Assembly (NCBI RefSeq): GCF_020745735.1
Contig: NW_026869048.1
Span: 124,001-188,000 of the forward strand
Source of the DNA: Hemiscyllium ocellatum
Lineage: Eukaryota
DNA length: 64,000 nt
Direction: 5' to 3'
A model generated the notes under the pieces. That model was not told the DNA's origin, did no database searches, and was given only the letters and a program-made list of their open reading frames with translations. Positions 62,278 through 64,000 of this stretch are shown here, one piece after another. Made by a program: the position numbers and the translations under genes. The number at the start of each line of letters is the position of its first letter. Within the stretch, counting starts at the first letter, position 1.

Positions 62278-63744
62278 CAATTTTGTTCAGATTTTAGCTG
62301 ATTCAATGATTGTTCTGCTGCTTCATCGTCAGTTCCCATCGTTTGGAGTTCTCGTCCCTGCTACTGACCAGAGAAGGTTCCTCACTTTCTTGGTGGTGAG
62401 TTTTAAGAAAATCATATCATTTGAAATATGATCAGCCAGCAATCGGCTGCTCATTCACAAAACCCACTGCAGATACCCACTGTCTTTCAACACAGTTCCC
62501 TCCCACGGTTGCACAGAGTGTTTCTATTTATTCAGTGTCTTTTTCCCTTTGAATGTTAGGTTGATGTAGATGGGCTGGGAAAAGACATTGACCTGTTCGA
62601 TCAGCCGTAATTATGTCAAATGGCGGGGTAGCGCTGGCGGGTGAAATGGTCCCCTCCTATTCCTCTCAGTCTGTGCTGTTTCTGACAGAGGGTTTTAAAC
62701 AATAGCATGATGAGGACAATGTGAATCTACACCACGGAATACCGAGGTCCTCCCTTGTATCCCACCGCTCTCACAGCTGCTGTTGTAGCTTCAGATCAGA
62801 CAGTGGAGGATTCTCCCAGGTGCTCTTTCAAGCTGCATGCTCCTTCACACAGGTTTCCAACTAGACACATGGAGCAAACTGCCGGTTACATATTGGGGAT
62901 TCAGGGACAGATTTCCCCTTTTTCTGACTAGAGTTCTGACCACGGTAATAAACATGAATTTCGGGCGTTCTGTATCTTACTCTAGATTCTTATCACTTCA
63001 CAATTTAAACTGAAATTCAAATTACTCTTGCATGACATTTTCATGTCTTCAGTATTCATGAAAACTGTGCATTATGTCCTTGGATGAAGCCATGGTGAAG
63101 ATTAATGATGAGTGCAGTGTGTTTCATGTTGTCTGTAGGATCTTACAGAAGCATGCTCTTGAAGTGTGGTTGAATCGAATTCTGTGCCGAATTGAAGCCG
63201 ACCGAGTGAGAAGCCCTGTGATAATGTAACAGTTTCTGTAAACAACGCAGCGACCCTTGGAAACCCAGTTTTCATTCAAGTCTATTTTGCACAACATTTT
63301 TCTGTATCCCATTAAATCAGTGAGTATTAAAAGGACTCAGTCCCGTTCCTGGTCATTGTGACTAAATGACCAAGGCAATCGATGGCAATGATAATGATGC
63401 TTGACATCGACAGGTGCACTCCTACTCACTAGAGTCACATTGTATTACAGATCACGTAAGCAGAGGAGATGATGATCCTTCTGGCACCCTGAGACAGTGC
63501 GACAATTAATCCCACGTTGTTATTCTCACTCTAAACCAAAAACCAGTTAGCCAGCGGACTGAGCTAACCAGCTTCCATTTAATGTAAAGCTAAAACAAAC
63601 AGGTCAGCACATTAACAATCTGTAGTAATTCACGATTGAGTGGGTTGATTTCTGAAAATTAAACGTACCTTCTGAACAATGAGTGAGGCTATTCCAAGAT
63701 TGGCTTCTCTGACTGCGCTGGGACATGACTGATGTTCTCTATGA

Positions 63745-63865
63745 TATGGAAGTGCCAGTGTTCGAGTTGGGTAGACAAAGTTAAATATTACACAATATCA
63801 GGGCATAGTCCACCAGGTTTCTTTGGAAACACTAGCTTTCAGAGAGCCGCTCCTTCATCAGGTGG
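63745..63865 (-). repeat. solo family-B Penelope terminal repeat; another copy begins at ~63970
   Basis: Matches the left arm of the 44552 palindrome. Confidence 0.75.
63830..63864 (-). ncRNA. minimal hammerhead ribozyme motif (intact core)
   Basis: Minus strand CAC-CUGAUGA-A-GGAG-CGGCU-CUCU-GAA-AGCU-A-GUG, with a 4-bp stem II including one G.U pair. Confidence 0.6.
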
Positions 63866-64000
63866 GTGTCTTTCTGCAGAAACTTGATGTGTGTGTCAAT
63901 ATGCGCGATCTTTTGGAAGATCATCTGGACTTTAACTGACCGTTCGTGGTGTCGATGGTACCCATGACTTAGATGTGTTGGTGTTGGACTGGGGTGGACA

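Noticed and set aside
60545-62745. Shared ACCACGGAATACCG motif (60551, 62730; variant ~2560), suggestive of a deleted 5S rRNA or tRNA-Val 5' end
   Set aside because: Only about 14 nt with competing interpretations. More simply a piece of the duplicated tRNA-cluster spacer.

Overview
Eukaryotic, repeat-rich genomic DNA from a cartilaginous fish (shark-type; inferred from HE1 V-SINEs, CR1/HER1 LINEs with (TTCTATG)n tails, Penelope-like elements and an elasmobranch-type IgM sequence). The only recognisable host protein-coding locus is the 3' end of an IgM heavy-chain gene on the minus strand: a partial CH4 + secretory tail (18502-18830, running into a 498-N gap), TM1 (15906-16033), TM2 (15761-15769) and both polyA regions. 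CH4 carries three 1-nt homopolymer deletions, and I could not find CH1-CH3, J, D, V or RSS in the ~45 kb upstream. The rest of the window holds: decayed tRNA genes (Leu, Val, Asp x2, His x2, one His near-intact); a C2H2 zinc-finger remnant; a ~3.1 kb inverted segmental duplication; an unexplained AT-rich multi-copy unit; and many Penelope-like terminal repeats with minimal hammerhead-ribozyme motifs. Three of those motifs have an intact core: one in sense orientation inside the IgM CH4-TM1 intron, one in a 252-bp palindrome and one near the window end. No CRISPR array or rRNA gene was seen. Most ORFs in the supplied track are chance or retroelement-derived. Repeat boundaries were read by eye and are approximate (tens of bp).
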